Of a stretch of DNA of 47,693 nt, positions 9,064 to 19,966 are shown piece after piece. Position 1 is the stretch's first letter, and each line of letters begins with the position of its first letter. The DNA lies in NCBI GenBank assembly GCA_937903095.1, contig CALCZN010000092.1, positions 1 through 47,693 of the forward strand, written 5' to 3'. Both the position numbers and the translations under genes were made by a program. The notes beneath the pieces are model-generated. The model was not told the origin of the DNA. It did no database searches and worked only from the letters and a program-made list of their open reading frames with translations. Origin of the DNA: an uncultured Burkholderiales bacterium. GTDB lineage: Bacteria > Pseudomonadota > Gammaproteobacteria > Burkholderiales > Burkholderiaceae_E.

Positions 9064-10661
9064 CGCGCCGTGGCGGCGAGCAGCGAATCGAACATCGACT
9101 GCGCCGCCTGGATCACCTTCGCCGCGGCCTGATACATCTGCTGGTACTGCATCAGGCGCGCAGCCTCTTCGTCGAGGTTCACGCCCGAAACTTCGGCCTG
9201 CGCGGCCTGTGCGTTCGACAGCAGGCCGGCCGATGCGGTGCGGCTCGCCTGCGCCGACTGCGTGCGCGCGCCGATCTCGCCGACCATCGTCGCAAAGGAA
9301 TCGGTGAGCGGCGCGGACTCCGTGATCATCGCGCGCGCATTGCGCCCGTCGGTTCCGGGGCTGGCGTTGGGAACGATCTCGACCTCGTCGCCGACGACGG
9401 GTGTGCCGCGCAGCGTCAGCGACCAGCCGTCCTGCGCGATCGTCGCACCGGACACGTAGCTGCCGGTTACCGTGCCGCCCGGCAGGCCGACGATGCGATA
9501 GGTTGCGGCGGTGTCGAAGGTGATGGTCACCGCGCTTGCCGACGTCGCGCCGGCGAGATCGAAGGACGAGATCTTCAGCGCGCCCTTGTTCCCCGCGCCG
9601 AGCTGCGCCGTCACCGGCCAGGCGGCGGCCAGCTCCGAGCCCGAGTCCAGTGCGCTGCGGAAATCGACACCGGAGCTGCCGATCGCGAACATGTCCTTGC
9701 CGGCGGCGCCGGCCGCGTCCACGCCGAGCTTCTGGCGATCGTTGTACGTCTGCGCGATGTCGCCCGCCAGTTTTGCCAACGCCCCGCGCGTCTGCGCGAG
9801 ATCCTGGTCGCGAAAATTCATCCAGCCGGCGATCGACCCGCCGCCGAAGGAGTCGGCGCTCATCGGCATGGTGGCGGTGCCGTTCTGCAGCGAGACCCGC
9901 TGCTTCGACGGATCGGACGGGTCGGCGCCGACGACGAGCGCCGCCGCCCGCGTGCCGACCAGCAGCCCCTCGCCGCCCGCGGCGAACAGGTTCACCGTTC
10001 CGTCGTCCTGTGCGAGCGCGGTGACCTTCATGTATTCGTTCAGCTGCAGCAGCACGCGGTCGCGCTCGTCGAGCAGATCGTTCGGCGCATGGCCGCTCGC
10101 CTGCACCGCGGAGATCCGGCCGTTCAGTCCGGCGAATTGCGTGAGCAGCTCATTGACGCGACCTGCCGCGTTCGCGATCTGATCGTCGGCGTCGCGTCCG
10201 AGCGCGGCCATCTGCGAATCGGCGTTGCGGATGCGCTGCGCGAGCGTATCGGCGCGCTGCACGACGACCTCGCGCGCGGTGGGGTCCGACGCCCGGTTCA
10301 CGACGTCGGCGAGCGCCGCATTCAGGTCGTCGATCGCCGCGCCGATTCCGTCGTCGCCGCTGGCGAGCACCCGCTGCAGGCGCTCGAGATACGCCGCGCG
10401 CGTGCTGTCGGCCGACGAGGCAGCCGTGCTCGACGCCAGTTCGCCGGCGAGGAAGCGGTCGTAGCTGCGCTGCACGGTGACCAGGTCCACGCCCATGCCG
10501 AGGAAGCCGCCGCCGGTGTACGTGCCGCCGGCCGTGGCGAACACCGCTTCCTGCCGGCTGTAGCCCGGCGTGTTCGCGTTGGCGATGTTGTGCCCGGTCG
10601 TCTGCAGCTGCGCATAGGCCGCCATCAGGGCGCTCTGCCCGATTCCCAGCAGGCCTGCCAT
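9060..10661 (-). CDS. flgK: Flagellar hook-associated protein 1
   Basis: GHNIANANTPGYSRQ; SGVNLDEEAARLMQYQQMYQAAAKVI. Confidence 0.96.
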   Translation of the reverse strand: MAGLLGIGQSALMAAYAQLQTTGHNIANANTPGYSRQEAVFATAGGTYTGGGFLGMGVDLVTVQRSYDRFLAGELASSTAASSADSTRAAYLERLQRVLASGDDGIGAAIDDLNAALADVVNRASDPTAREVVVQRADTLAQRIRNADSQMAALGRDADDQIANAAGRVNELLTQFAGLNGRISAVQASGHAPNDLLDERDRVLLQLNEYMKVTALAQDDGTVNLFAAGGEGLLVGTRAAALVVGADPSDPSKQRVSLQNGTATMPMSADSFGGGSIAGWMNFRDQDLAQTRGALAKLAGDIAQTYNDRQKLGVDAAGAAGKDMFAIGSSGVDFRSALDSGSELAAAWPVTAQLGAGNKGALKISSFDLAGATSASAVTITFDTAATYRIVGLPGGTVTGSYVSGATIAQDGWSLTLRGTPVVGDEVEIVPNASPGTDGRNARAMITESAPLTDSFATMVGEIGARTQSAQASRTASAGLLSNAQAAQAEVSGVNLDEEAARLMQYQQMYQAAAKVIQAAQSMFDSLLAATAR

Positions 10662-10671
10662 CGGCGTCTCC

Positions 10672-11598
10672 TCAAACGCCCGAGCGCGCCAGGCGCAACG
10701 TGCGCTGGATCGTGCTCTCGAGCTTGTCGGCGTAATCCGGATCGGTGGCGTAGCCGGCGCGCTGCAGGCCCTGTGCGAAACCCTCGGGCGATTTCGCCTC
10801 GCGCAGCACGCCGCCGTAGCGCGCGCTCGTCGACATCAGCGATGCCCAGTCGCGGAACGCCTCGGCGTACGAGCCGTAGGCGCGGAACTTCTCGAGCGCC
10901 TTCACCGGCTTTCCGTCCACGTATTCGGTGGTCGTCACGTCCACCGTCGGCCCGTTCCATCCGCCGGTGGCCTTGACGCCGAACAGGTTGTGCGCGCTGC
11001 GGCCGTCGGCGTGCCGGATCTCGTGCCGTCCCCAGCCCGACTCGAGCGCCGCCTGGCCGACGACGAACGCGGCCGGAACGCCGGTCGTGCGCTGCGCGGC
11101 GATCGCGTGCGGCCACATCCGATCGACGAACGCGGCCTGCGGCGCATCGAGGCGCTTCTCGAGCGATTCCTTCAGCGCGCGCGAGGCGCGCGGATCGAGC
11201 GACAGCGTGCTCGGCGCTGCCTTCGTCGCGGCGTCCCGCGCGGAGTTCGCCGTGTTCGCGACGTTCGACGCGGTGTCCGTCTTCGCGGCGGGGGCGAGAT
11301 TGCGCTCGAGCTGCCTGGCGATGATCCCGGCCAGGCCCCCCGGCCGATTCGCCATCGACTGCGACAACTGCTGGTCGAGCATCGCGACGTAGGTCTCCTG
11401 TCCGGGGCCGTCGAACATGCCGCTCTTCGGCATCGCATCGCGCATGCTCTTGAGCAGCTGCTGCAGGAACAGCGCCTCGAACTGGCCTGCCGCCTGCTTC
11501 AGCGCGGCGCGAGGATCGCCCGCGGCATTGCGGCGCAACGCGTCGAGCGACCTCGCATCGAGCGCGAGTCCGTTCGTCAACGTCGACCCCGCCGCCAT
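10672..11598 (-). CDS. flgJ: Flagellar rod cap / peptidoglycan hydrolase
   Basis: AAGQFEALFLQQLLKSMRDA rod-binding domain; QAALESGWG, NLFGVKA, GYATDPDYA muramidase motifs. Confidence 0.95.
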   Translation of the reverse strand: MAAGSTLTNGLALDARSLDALRRNAAGDPRAALKQAAGQFEALFLQQLLKSMRDAMPKSGMFDGPGQETYVAMLDQQLSQSMANRPGGLAGIIARQLERNLAPAAKTDTASNVANTANSARDAATKAAPSTLSLDPRASRALKESLEKRLDAPQAAFVDRMWPHAIAAQRTTGVPAAFVVGQAALESGWGRHEIRHADGRSAHNLFGVKATGGWNGPTVDVTTTEYVDGKPVKALEKFRAYGSYAEAFRDWASLMSTSARYGGVLREAKSPEGFAQGLQRAGYATDPDYADKLESTIQRTLRLARSGV

Positions 11599-12800
11599 CA
11601 GATGATCTCCAACTCCGCCTTCAGGCTCCCGGCGGCCTTCAGCGCCTGGAGGATCGCGATCAGGTCCTGCGGGGTGGCGCCGAGGCTGTTCAAGGCCTTC
11701 ACGACGTCGGGCAGCTTCGCCGACCCCTCGAGCATCATCATCGACCCGCCGTCCTGGCGGATCTCGATGTCGGCTCTTTCGGCAACGACGGTCGAACCTT
11801 TAGAGAAAGGCCCGGGCTGGCTGACCATCGGCGTCGACTGCACGGTGACCGACAGGTTGCCGTGCGCCACCGCGCTGGGCGCGAGCGTGACCGACTGGTT
11901 CATCACCACCGAGCCGGTGCGGGCGTTGACGATCACGCGCGCGAGCGGCGCGGCCAGGCGCACGTCGAGGTTCTCGAGTCCGGCGAGGAAAGGCACGCGC
12001 TGCGCGGGATCGGACGGCAGCGTCACGCGGATCACCCGCGCATCGAGCGGCTGCGCGATCGGCACGGCGGCGCCCGATCCGGGCAGCACGCTCGCATTGA
12101 TCGCTTCGGCGACGCGGTGCGCGGTGGCGAAGTCGGTCTGGTTCAGCTCGATGTGGATCGTATCCGAGGCGAGCGTCTGGTTCGGCACGACGCGCTCGAC
12201 GGTCGCGCCGCCCGGCACGCGCCCGGCGCTCAGGTGGTTGATCTGCACCTTGCTCCCGGCGGCCGAAGCGCCGGCGCCGCCGACCACCAGGTTGCCCTGG
12301 GCCATCGCGTACACCTGCCCATCGGCGCCGCGCAGCGGCGTGAGCAGCAGCGTGCCTCCGCGCAGGCTCTTCGCGTTGCCCATCGACGAAACGGTGACGT
12401 CGATCGCCTGGCCCGGCTGCGCATACGGCGGCAGCTGCGCGGTGACCATCACCGCGGCGGCATTGCGCAGCTGCGGCGTGATGCCGGGCGGCAGCTGAAC
12501 GCCGAGCTGCGACAGCATCGACTGCAGGCTCTGCACGGTGAACGGCGCCTGCGTCGTCTGGTCGCCGCTGCCGTCGAGTCCGACGACGAGCCCGTAGCCG
12601 ATCAGCTGGTTCGCGCGCACGCCCTGGATCGAGGCAAGCTCCTTCACGCGTTCGGCATGCGCGGGCGCGTGCGGCGCGAGCGCCGACGCGGCGACGAACG
12701 CGACGGCGAGCGCAAGGCAAGCCGCGCGGCGCGGGATGCGCGAGAGGCGCCGGATGCCCGGAAGGCCGCAGGCGGCACGGGAACGCAGGGGTCGGATCAT
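11598..12800 (-). CDS. flgI: Flagellar P-ring protein
   Basis: GVRANQLIGYGLVVGLDGSGD, SLRGGTLLLTPL; signal peptide; GGAGA RBS before ATG 12800. Confidence 0.95.
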   Translation of the reverse strand: MIRPLRSRAACGLPGIRRLSRIPRRAACLALAVAFVAASALAPHAPAHAERVKELASIQGVRANQLIGYGLVVGLDGSGDQTTQAPFTVQSLQSMLSQLGVQLPPGITPQLRNAAAVMVTAQLPPYAQPGQAIDVTVSSMGNAKSLRGGTLLLTPLRGADGQVYAMAQGNLVVGGAGASAAGSKVQINHLSAGRVPGGATVERVVPNQTLASDTIHIELNQTDFATAHRVAEAINASVLPGSGAAVPIAQPLDARVIRVTLPSDPAQRVPFLAGLENLDVRLAAPLARVIVNARTGSVVMNQSVTLAPSAVAHGNLSVTVQSTPMVSQPGPFSKGSTVVAERADIEIRQDGGSMMMLEGSAKLPDVVKALNSLGATPQDLIAILQALKAAGSLKAELEII

Positions 12801-12828
12801 GTCGGGTCTCCGGTTCGCACGCCGGCTT

Positions 12829-13536
12829 TCAGATCGGCAGGAAACTGAGGAAGAAGCGCGCGAGCCAGCCGACCGTCTGCGCGTGGTCGATGTCGCCGCG
12901 GCCGCGCGCTTCGAGTCGCGCATCGGCCACGCGCGTGGACGACACGAGATTGCCGGGCAGCAGGCTCACCGGGTCGACCACGCCCGAGAAGCGCAGCACC
13001 TCGACGTTCTGGTTGATGCCGACCTGCTTCTCGCCGGAGACGACGAGGTTGCCGTTGGGCAGCACGTCGATGACGGTGACGGTGATCGTCCCGGAAAATG
13101 CGTTGTCCGACCCCGTCTCGCCCTTGCCCTCGAAGGTGTTGCTCGAGCTTCCCGCGACGCCGAGCTTCGGAAGGATGCTCGACGTGGGCGACTTGAGCGG
13201 CAGTCGGGTGAGGCTCGCGTCTACCGAGGCATTGCGGTCCACCGAGCTGTTCGAACTGCTGCGCGCGGAGGTCTTTTCCTGGATCTGGATCGTCAGGATG
13301 TCGCCGACGAGCCGCGCGCGCCGGTCCTCGAACAAACCGCGGAAAGTCGACGGATGGAAGATCGCGCCGTCGGCCGCCTGCGGGCGCGGCGCGTTCGCCG
13401 CGGCCACGGCGATCGGCGTCGGTTGCGGCCGCGCGGAAGTCGGCTCGAGCACGTGCACGGTCGGCGTTGCGGCGCAGCCGGCCAGCGCGAGCAGCGCGAA
13501 CGCCGAAGCGATTCGCGCGTAGCGGGCGCCGCTCAC
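12829..13536 (-). CDS. flgH: Flagellar L-ring lipoprotein
   Basis: GTG overlaps the flgG stop; lipobox LAGC; [37 protein letters not shown]. Confidence 0.93.
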   Translation of the reverse strand: MSGARYARIASAFALLALAGCAATPTVHVLEPTSARPQPTPIAVAAANAPRPQAADGAIFHPSTFRGLFEDRRARLVGDILTIQIQEKTSARSSSNSSVDRNASVDASLTRLPLKSPTSSILPKLGVAGSSSNTFEGKGETGSDNAFSGTITVTVIDVLPNGNLVVSGEKQVGINQNVEVLRFSGVVDPVSLLPGNLVSSTRVADARLEARGRGDIDHAQTVGWLARFFLSFLPI

Positions 13537-14315
13537 AGCTGCGACAGCCGCGCGAGCATCTGGTCCGAAGTCTGGATCGACTTCGAGTTGATCTCGTAGG
13601 CGCGCTGCGTCTGGATCATCGCGACGAGTTCCTCGACGACGTTGACGTTCGAGGTCTCGACGTAGCCCTGGTTGATCAGGCCGGCGCCGTTGTTGCCCGG
13701 CGTGCCGATGGTCGGCGCGCCCGAGGCGGCGGTCTCGAGGTAGAGGTTCTGTCCCTTCGGATCGAGGCCGGCCGGATTGACGAAGGTGGCGAGCTGCACC
13801 TGCCCGACCTGCGTCGGGTTGGCCTGCCCCGCCTGCATCACCGACACGACGCCGTCGGCGCCGATCGTCACGCTGGTCGAATTGGGCGGGATCACGATCG
13901 GCGGCGACATCGGCATGCCGTTCGAGGTGACGAGCTGGCCGGTGGCGTCGACGCGAAACGATCCGTCGCGCGTGTAGGCGACGCTGCCGTCGGGCATCTG
14001 CAGGCTGAAGAAGCCGTTGCCGTCGATCGCCATGTCGAAGGTGTTGCCGGTCTGCTGCAGGTTGCCCTGCGTGAACAGGCGCGCCGTTGCCACCGGGCGC
14101 ACGCCGGTGCCGACCTGCAGGCCGGTGGGCAGCTGGTTCTGCTGCGTTTCCTGCCCGCCCGCCTGGCGCATGTTCTGGTAGAGCAGGTCCTCGAACACCG
14201 CGTGCGAGCGCTTGTAGCCGTTCGTGCTGACGTTGGCGAGGTTGTGCGAGATCGTGTCGAGCTGCATCTGCTGCGCGTCGAGCCCGGTCTTGGCGATCCA
14301 CAGCGAACGAATCAT
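13533..14315 (-). CDS. flgG: Flagellar distal rod protein
   Basis: [16 protein letters not shown]...FEDLLYQ...[26 protein letters not shown]. Confidence 0.97.
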   Translation of the reverse strand: MIRSLWIAKTGLDAQQMQLDTISHNLANVSTNGYKRSHAVFEDLLYQNMRQAGGQETQQNQLPTGLQVGTGVRPVATARLFTQGNLQQTGNTFDMAIDGNGFFSLQMPDGSVAYTRDGSFRVDATGQLVTSNGMPMSPPIVIPPNSTSVTIGADGVVSVMQAGQANPTQVGQVQLATFVNPAGLDPKGQNLYLETAASGAPTIGTPGNNGAGLINQGYVETSNVNVVEELVAMIQTQRAYEINSKSIQTSDQMLARLSQL

Positions 14316-14319
14316 GGTT

Positions 14320-15057
14320 TCAGCCCTTCAGCGAAAGGAGTTGCGAGGCCTTCTGCTCGTTGCCCTCGGCGGTCTGCAGCATCCGCATCTGCATCTCGAA
14401 CTGGCGCGCGAGCGCGATCATCCCGACCATCGACTCGACCACGTTCACGTTGCTGCCCTCGATCGAACCGGGCACCACGCGCACCGACTCGTCCATCGGC
14501 GCCGAGTCGCCCGCGCGCATGCGCACGAGCCCGTCGGCGTCCTTGCGCAGTTCCTCGGCCGGCGGATTCACCAGCTTCAGTCGTCCGACCTGGAACGGCG
14601 GCTGATTGCCGATGCGCGCGCTCACCGTGCCGTCGCCGCCGATCGAGACTTCGGCGCCGGGCGGAATCGCCAGCGGGCCACCGTCGCCGAGCACGATCTG
14701 TCCGCGCCGGTTCTGCAGCGTGCCGTCGGCCCCCACTTCGAGCGCGCCGTCGCGCGTGTAGGCCTCGTCGCCGTCCGCGCCCTGCACCGCGAGCCAGCCG
14801 CCGCCGGCGACCGCGAGGTCGAGCGCGCGTCCGGTCTGGCGGATCGGACCCGACGAAGCATCGAAACCCGCGCTCGCCTCCAGCGCCCAGACGCGCGTCG
14901 TCGCCGCGTTCGGCTGCTCGCCGGGCACCGCGCGAAACGCCATCAGGTCGGCGCGAAAGCCGTCGGTGCTGCCGTTGGCGAGGTTGTGCGCGAGCGCGTC
15001 CTGGCGCTGCATCAGCGCCTTGGCTCCGCTCATCGACTGGTAGATCAATCGGTCCAT
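14320..15057 (-). CDS. flgF: Flagellar proximal rod protein
   Basis: [12 protein letters not shown]...[13 protein letters not shown]...[24 protein letters not shown]. Confidence 0.96.
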   Translation of the reverse strand: MDRLIYQSMSGAKALMQRQDALAHNLANGSTDGFRADLMAFRAVPGEQPNAATTRVWALEASAGFDASSGPIRQTGRALDLAVAGGGWLAVQGADGDEAYTRDGALEVGADGTLQNRRGQIVLGDGGPLAIPPGAEVSIGGDGTVSARIGNQPPFQVGRLKLVNPPAEELRKDADGLVRMRAGDSAPMDESVRVVPGSIEGSNVNVVESMVGMIALARQFEMQMRMLQTAEGNEQKASQLLSLKG

Positions 15058-15116
15058 CGTGCCTCCCGCGGCGCGCGACGGCGTTCAGCGCGTCGCCGGC
15101 GCGAACGAGTGTTCGG

Positions 15117-16361
15117 TCAACGCAGGTTGACGATCGTCTGCATCACCTGGTCCTGCGTGCGGATCGTCTGCGCGTTGGCCTGGTAGACGCGCTGCGCGGT
15201 GATCATGTTGACCAGCTCGGCCGTGAGGTCGACGTTCGACTGCTCGACCGCACCCGACTGGATGACGCCCAGGCTGCCCGCGCCCGGCGTGCCGGACATC
15301 GGCGCGCCCGAATCCGCGGTCTCGGCCCATTGGTTTCCGCCCAGCGGCTGCAGGCCCTGCGGGTTCGTGAAGTTCGCGAGCACGACGCGCCCCTGCGCGA
15401 GCGTCGTGCCGTTGGTGTAGCGCGAGAGCACCGTGCCGTCCGAAGAGATCGAGAAGCCCGACAGGCGACCCGCCGCGTAGCCGTCCTGCGACAGCTGCGA
15501 GACCGAGAACGCAGAACCGAACTGCGTGATCTTCGACAGATCGAAGGGGACGGTCAGCGCGCCCGCTCCGTTCGACACCGGCACCGTCACCGGAAAGCCG
15601 GTCGGCGAAGTGGAGGTGAGCTTGCCGTCGGCATCGAATTCGAAGGTCGCGAACGGCGAGCCGGGTCCGCCGGGGCCGTCCAGCTGCGTGCCGTCGGCGG
15701 CGACGTAGGCGTTCCACTGGTTGGCCACCGTGTCGCTCTTGCGGAAGTACACGGCGACCGTGTGCTCGGTCCCCTGCGAATCGAACACCGCCAGCGAAGT
15801 CGCGCCGTTGTAGCTGGCGCCGTCGGCGATGCTGAACGGCGTCTTCGTCGAATCGGGCGCCTTCGCGCGCGTGTCCAGGTTCGCGGTGATGGAGGCCGAG
15901 GAAGTCATCTTCGGCGCCACGTCGCCGGTCTGCAGTCGCAGCTCGACCGGCGTTCCGGTGGTCACCTTCCCGTTTGCGTCGGCCGGATACCCCGTCAGCC
16001 GCCCGCCCTGCGCGTTGACCAGGTAGCCGTCCTTGTCCAGCTGGAACTGCCCGTTCCTCGTGTAGGTGACCTCCCCGCTGTTCGACATGCGGAAGAAGCC
16101 GCGCCCGTTGATCGCCATGTCGAGCGCGTTGTTCGTCGTCGCGATGTCGCCCTGCGTGAACTGCTGCGTGATCGCCGCGACCGTCACCCCGATGCCGTTG
16201 TAGTGCGTGCCCGCGCCGTAGAGCGACGTTGCGTAGATGTCGGCGAACTCGGCGCGCGAGGCTTTCGCGCCCACCGTGTTGCTGTTGGCGACGTTGTTGC
16301 CGATGACGTCGAGGTTGCGCGCCGCGGCGTTCAACCCGCTCAATCCCTGCTGGAAAGACAT
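15117..16361 (-). CDS. flgE: Flagellar hook protein
   Basis: MSFQQGLSGLNAAARNLDVIGNNVANSNT...SNVDLTAELVNMITAQRVYQANAQ; AGGAG RBS. Confidence 0.96.
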   Translation of the reverse strand: MSFQQGLSGLNAAARNLDVIGNNVANSNTVGAKASRAEFADIYATSLYGAGTHYNGIGVTVAAITQQFTQGDIATTNNALDMAINGRGFFRMSNSGEVTYTRNGQFQLDKDGYLVNAQGGRLTGYPADANGKVTTGTPVELRLQTGDVAPKMTSSASITANLDTRAKAPDSTKTPFSIADGASYNGATSLAVFDSQGTEHTVAVYFRKSDTVANQWNAYVAADGTQLDGPGGPGSPFATFEFDADGKLTSTSPTGFPVTVPVSNGAGALTVPFDLSKITQFGSAFSVSQLSQDGYAAGRLSGFSISSDGTVLSRYTNGTTLAQGRVVLANFTNPQGLQPLGGNQWAETADSGAPMSGTPGAGSLGVIQSGAVEQSNVDLTAELVNMITAQRVYQANAQTIRTQDQVMQTIVNLR

Positions 16362-16390
16362 TCGTGGCTCCTGGTGGAAATGCTGCGGGT

Positions 16391-17152
16391 TCAGAGAACG
16401 GCGCGGATCGCCGATGCGGCGACGGCGTCGCGTCCGACGAGATCGAGCCGCGCGCCGCCCGGCGCCTGGCTCACGCCGTTCACGCGCGCCGGCACGAGCG
16501 CGACGACGCGCGACTCGCCACCGTTCTCGTCGACGCCGTATGCACGCAACGTGTACTTGCCCGAGGACACGGCACGCCCGTCGGTGTCGATGCCGTCCCA
16601 GTCGAGGGTGTGCACGCCCGCTTCGGGCTCGGAGAAATCGCGCGCATGGACGACGCGCCCGGCGGCATCGACGATCTCGACGCGCACCGCGCGTGCCGCG
16701 GCGGAAAGCTCGAATCCGACGCGAACCGATTTCGAGTCGCTCAGGTCGACGTTCGGCATCGTCGGATCGTTGTTCACGATGCCGGCATCGGGGTCGGTCC
16801 ATTCGAAGCGATTGCCCTCCACCAGCACCTGGCGGCCGAGCAGCCCCACCGCCGACAGCGGCGATACGGCGGTCGATGCCGTCGCGACCTTCGTCATCGA
16901 AGCGTTCAGCTGCTCGATCCCGCGCACCGTGTTGATCTGCGCGAGCTGGCTCGTCACCTCGGCGTTGTCCAGCGGATTGAGCGGATCCTGGTTGCGCATC
17001 TGCGCGACGAGCAGCTTGAGGAACCGGTCCTCGGTGCCGTCGGCGGTGTCGGTTCCGTCGGCCGGCGCGCCGTAGGCGGCGGCCGCCGCGTTCGCGGCTG
17101 CATTCGCCGCATTCGTCCGGCTCGCGGTGTCGTTCTGCGTGCTGCTGACCAT
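16391..17152 (-). CDS. flgD: Flagellar hook capping protein
   Basis: FLKLLVAQMRNQDPLNPLDNAEVTSQLAQ; WDG motif. Confidence 0.95.
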   Translation of the reverse strand: MVSSTQNDTASRTNAANAAANAAAAAYGAPADGTDTADGTEDRFLKLLVAQMRNQDPLNPLDNAEVTSQLAQINTVRGIEQLNASMTKVATASTAVSPLSAVGLLGRQVLVEGNRFEWTDPDAGIVNNDPTMPNVDLSDSKSVRVGFELSAAARAVRVEIVDAAGRVVHARDFSEPEAGVHTLDWDGIDTDGRAVSSGKYTLRAYGVDENGGESRVVALVPARVNGVSQAPGGARLDLVGRDAVAASAIRAVL

Positions 17153-17168
17153 CGTCGTTCTCCCTCGC

Positions 17169-17576
17169 TCACTGGCCGAGTTGCAGCGTCTTCAGCGCGA
17201 GCTGCTGGGCGGTGTTCATCACTTCGACGTTGTTCTGGTACGAGCGCGACGCCGAGATCATGTCGACCATCTGCTCGACGACGTTGACGTTGCTCTGCGT
17301 GACGTAGCCGTCGGCGTCCGCCAGCGGATGCGACGGATCGTGCAGGCGCTTGCCGGGCGTCGTGTCCTCGATCACGTCGGTGACGCGCACGCCCACCTGC
17401 GCTGCGTCGGCGCCGGCCGCCTGCGCCTGGAACACGACCTGGCGCGCGCGGTAGGCCTTTCCGTCCGGCCCGGCGACGCTGTCCGCGTTGGCCAGGTTCG
17501 ACGCGACGACGTTCAGCCGCTGGCTCTGCGCGGAGACCGCGCTGCCGGAGATTCCGAGAATGTTCAGAAGCGACAT
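17169..17576 (-). CDS. flgC: Flagellar basal-body rod protein
   Basis: [18 protein letters not shown]...[10 protein letters not shown]...[11 protein letters not shown]. Confidence 0.96.
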   Translation of the reverse strand: MSLLNILGISGSAVSAQSQRLNVVASNLANADSVAGPDGKAYRARQVVFQAQAAGADAAQVGVRVTDVIEDTTPGKRLHDPSHPLADADGYVTQSNVNVVEQMVDMISASRSYQNNVEVMNTAQQLALKTLQLGQ

Positions 17577-17592
17577 CGTTCGACTCCCAGGT

Positions 17593-18066
17593 TCACTCGC
17601 CGCGGATGGCGGAGAGCACGTTGCGCACGTTGCCGTTGATGAAGCGCAGCGTCGCCTCGTAGCGCAGCGAGTTGTCGGCGAAGTTCGCGCGCTCGCGGTC
17701 GAGGTCGACGGTGTTGCGATCGAGCGTAGGCTGCTGCGGCGTGCGCCACAGCATCGCCGGCTGCGAAGACGTGGAAGCGCCGCTCACCGGCAGGAAGGCC
17801 TTGCCGGCCGCGCCCGCCGCATCGGGCTGCGCCAGCGCGACGCGCAGCGGCGAGCCGCCGGACGAGGTCAGCGACACGCTGCCGGCGGGCACGCCGTCGA
17901 TGCGCGCGGCAGCCTGCGCGAGCGCCTGGCCGAAATCGAAGTCGCGCGCCTGGTAGTTGGGCGTATCGGCGTTCGCGATGTTCGACGCCAGCACCTGCTG
18001 GCGCTGCGCACGCAGCGCAAGCGCCTCGCCCTGGAACTGCAGCGTGCCGGTGAGCCGGTCGAGCAT
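17593..18066 (-). CDS. flgB: Flagellar basal-body rod protein
   Basis: [21 protein letters not shown]...[22 protein letters not shown]; AGGAGG RBS before ATG 18066. Confidence 0.95.
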   Translation of the reverse strand: MLDRLTGTLQFQGEALALRAQRQQVLASNIANADTPNYQARDFDFGQALAQAAARIDGVPAGSVSLTSSGGSPLRVALAQPDAAGAAGKAFLPVSGASTSSQPAMLWRTPQQPTLDRNTVDLDRERANFADNSLRYEATLRFINGNVRNVLSAIRGE

Positions 18067-18096
18067 CGCTCCCTCCTGTTTTTCCGATCGCTGCCG

Positions 18097-18189
18097 ATTA
18101 TTCGTCCGGGCTCTCGCGCGGATGAGGCGAAAAACGCCGGCTTTGTCCCGCATCTCGCGCAACCGGCGGGCAGGCGCCGGCACTAGGCT
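18097..18189. promoter_or_regulatory. Divergent FlhDC-dependent (class II) promoters for flgB and flgA
   Basis: Box GCGAAAAACG-N12-CGCATCTCGC (18127-18158); -10 AATAAT (minus, 18102-18097) and TAGGCT (plus, 18184-18189), each 34-35 nt from the proximal arm. Confidence 0.6.
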
Positions 18190-18195
18190 GCGCGA

Positions 18196-19098
18196 ATGGA
18201 CCCGTCGATCGAGACCTTCCGCCCGCAGCGCGCTTCGTGTGCGCCCGCCGCGGCCGCACGCATCGTTTCGGCACACATCGTGCTGGCGCACGCGCTCGCC
18301 GCCGGCGCCGCCGCGTGTTTCGCCGTCTCGACCGGCGCCGCCGCTGCGCCGGCCGCTTCGCCGGCCTCGCCGGTCACTACGCCGCAGGCTTCCACCCGGG
18401 CGGCGACGGACGAAGCTTCGCCGATGGCGGACATGGGTCCGCAGCTTCAGCGCTGGATCGAGGAGTCGGCGGCATCGACCTGGACGGTGCGCCTGCCGGC
18501 CGATGCGGACGCTTCCGCCGCCGACGACGAGACCGGCCGCGCCGGCCTGCGCGTCGAGGTGCAGGTCGGCAAGCTGAATCGCGGAATGCGGCTCGCGCCC
18601 TGCGCGCGCATCGAGCCGTTCCTGCCGCCCAACGCGAAACTGTGGGGCCGCGGCTTCGTCGGCGTTCGCTGCGCCGAGGGCGCCTCCTGGTCGACGATGA
18701 TTCCGGTGACCGTTTCGGTGTTCGGACCGGCGCTGGTGGCGAATCTCCCGTTGCCGGCGGGCGCGATGCCGAGCGCCGACGACTTCCGGATCGAGGAGGT
18801 CGACTGGACGCGCACCACCGGCGTGCCGGTATCCGATCCGGCGTGGCTGGCCGGCCGCTCGCTGGGCCGACCGCTGTCGGCCGGACAGGTGCTGCGCGCC
18901 AACGACCTGCGGATTCCGCAGACGATCGCCGCCGGCGACCCCGTGCGCATCCGGATGGTCGGCTCGGGTTTCAGCGTCTCGGCCGGCGGCTTCGCGCTGT
19001 CCGGCGCCGGCGAGGGACAGTCGTTGCGCGTGCGTACCGAAACGGGCAGGATGCTCGTCGGCACGGTCCGCGAGCGTACGGTCGAAGTCCGCCTCTGA
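18196..19098 (+). CDS. flgA: Flagellar P-ring assembly chaperone
   Basis: Divergent from flgB; LAPCARIEPFLP...GVRC, SAF domain, G..ALSGAGEGQSLRVRTETG. Confidence 0.9.
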   Translation: MDPSIETFRPQRASCAPAAAARIVSAHIVLAHALAAGAAACFAVSTGAAAAPAASPASPVTTPQASTRAATDEASPMADMGPQLQRWIEESAASTWTVRLPADADASAADDETGRAGLRVEVQVGKLNRGMRLAPCARIEPFLPPNAKLWGRGFVGVRCAEGASWSTMIPVTVSVFGPALVANLPLPAGAMPSADDFRIEEVDWTRTTGVPVSDPAWLAGRSLGRPLSAGQVLRANDLRIPQTIAAGDPVRIRMVGSGFSVSAGGFALSGAGEGQSLRVRTETGRMLVGTVRERTVEVRL

Positions 19099-19133
19099 TG
19101 CGATCTTCGGCAATCGAACGCGGGCCGCGGCCC

Positions 19134-19160
19134 TCAAGTTCGGCGCAACGCGGCCGATAC
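19134..19160 (+). promoter_or_regulatory. sigma28 (FliA) promoter of flgMN
   Basis: TCAA-N15-GCCGATAC. Confidence 0.85.
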
Positions 19161-19204
19161 TCCCGGCATCCGGGCTCGTACCCGGGTTCGAAAGGGGAAT
19201 CGCC

Positions 19205-19528
19205 ATGAAGATCGGCAAACCCACGGAGCCGCAACAACCCGATGCACTGTCGCGTGCCGGCCACGGCGCGCCCGTTGCCGGCGCCGGCGCCGGCGCACGC
19301 AGCGACGCCGTCGAGAAGACCGCGCCGGCCGATGCCGTGCACCTGTCGCCCGCCTCGAAGAGCCTCGCGACCGAAGCCACTGCCGAGGAACAGATGCGGC
19401 TGCACAAGGTCGAGGAAGTCAAGGCGGCGATCCGCGAGGGACGCTTCCAGGTGAGCGCCCACGCGGTCGCCGACAAGATGATCTCGCAGGCAGCCGAGCT
19501 GCTCGAGACGCTTTCACGAACGAAATGA
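19205..19528 (+). CDS. flgM: Anti-sigma28 factor
   Basis: MKI...VHLS...KVEEVKAAIREGRFQVSAHAVADKMI; located after flgA. Confidence 0.92.
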   Translation: MKIGKPTEPQQPDALSRAGHGAPVAGAGAGARSDAVEKTAPADAVHLSPASKSLATEATAEEQMRLHKVEEVKAAIREGRFQVSAHAVADKMISQAAELLETLSRTK

Positions 19529-19878
19529 CGGCAGGCGTCCGCGCTGCAGCGCCGTCGCTCGACGACGGTCTCGCGCTTCTCGAGGAGCAGCGCGAGGCGA
19601 TGCTCGCGCGCGATGCGGATCGGCTCGAGGACATCAACGCCCGCCTGTCGGGGTGGATCGCCGCCTGCCGGAAGGCTCCGGCAGCGCCCGATGCCCGCAT
19701 TGCCGAACGTCTGCACGCGCTGCGCGCGGCGCTCGATTCGAACTCGACCCTCGCACGCCGCTCGGCGCTGCAGGCCTCGCGCGCGCTCGGTGCGCTGCTC
19801 GGGCCCGCGCCCCGTCTGTACACCGACGAAGGATTGACGAACTCCCCGGCGCATCGCCGGGGAGTTCGTTCCGCCTGA
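19525..19878 (+). CDS. flgN: Flagellar export chaperone FlgN-like protein
   Basis: ATGA overlap with flgM; LEEQREAMLARD...N..L...ALGALLG..LYT..G pattern; synteny. Confidence 0.7.
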   Translation: MTAGVRAAAPSLDDGLALLEEQREAMLARDADRLEDINARLSGWIAACRKAPAAPDARIAERLHALRAALDSNSTLARRSALQASRALGALLGPAPRLYTDEGLTNSPAHRRGVRSA

Positions 19879-19924
19879 TTCGGCGCGTCGGCGGGGATCG
19901 CCCGCCGCGCTCCCCACCGGATTG

Positions 19925-19966
19925 GACAACAGGGTCGCCCGCGTCTTGGCGGGCGACCCTGTTGTC
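19925..19966. terminator. Perfect 18-bp stem-loop between convergent flgN and MCP
   Basis: GACAACAGGGTCGCCCGC-gtcttg-GCGGGCGACCCTGTTGTC. Confidence 0.75.
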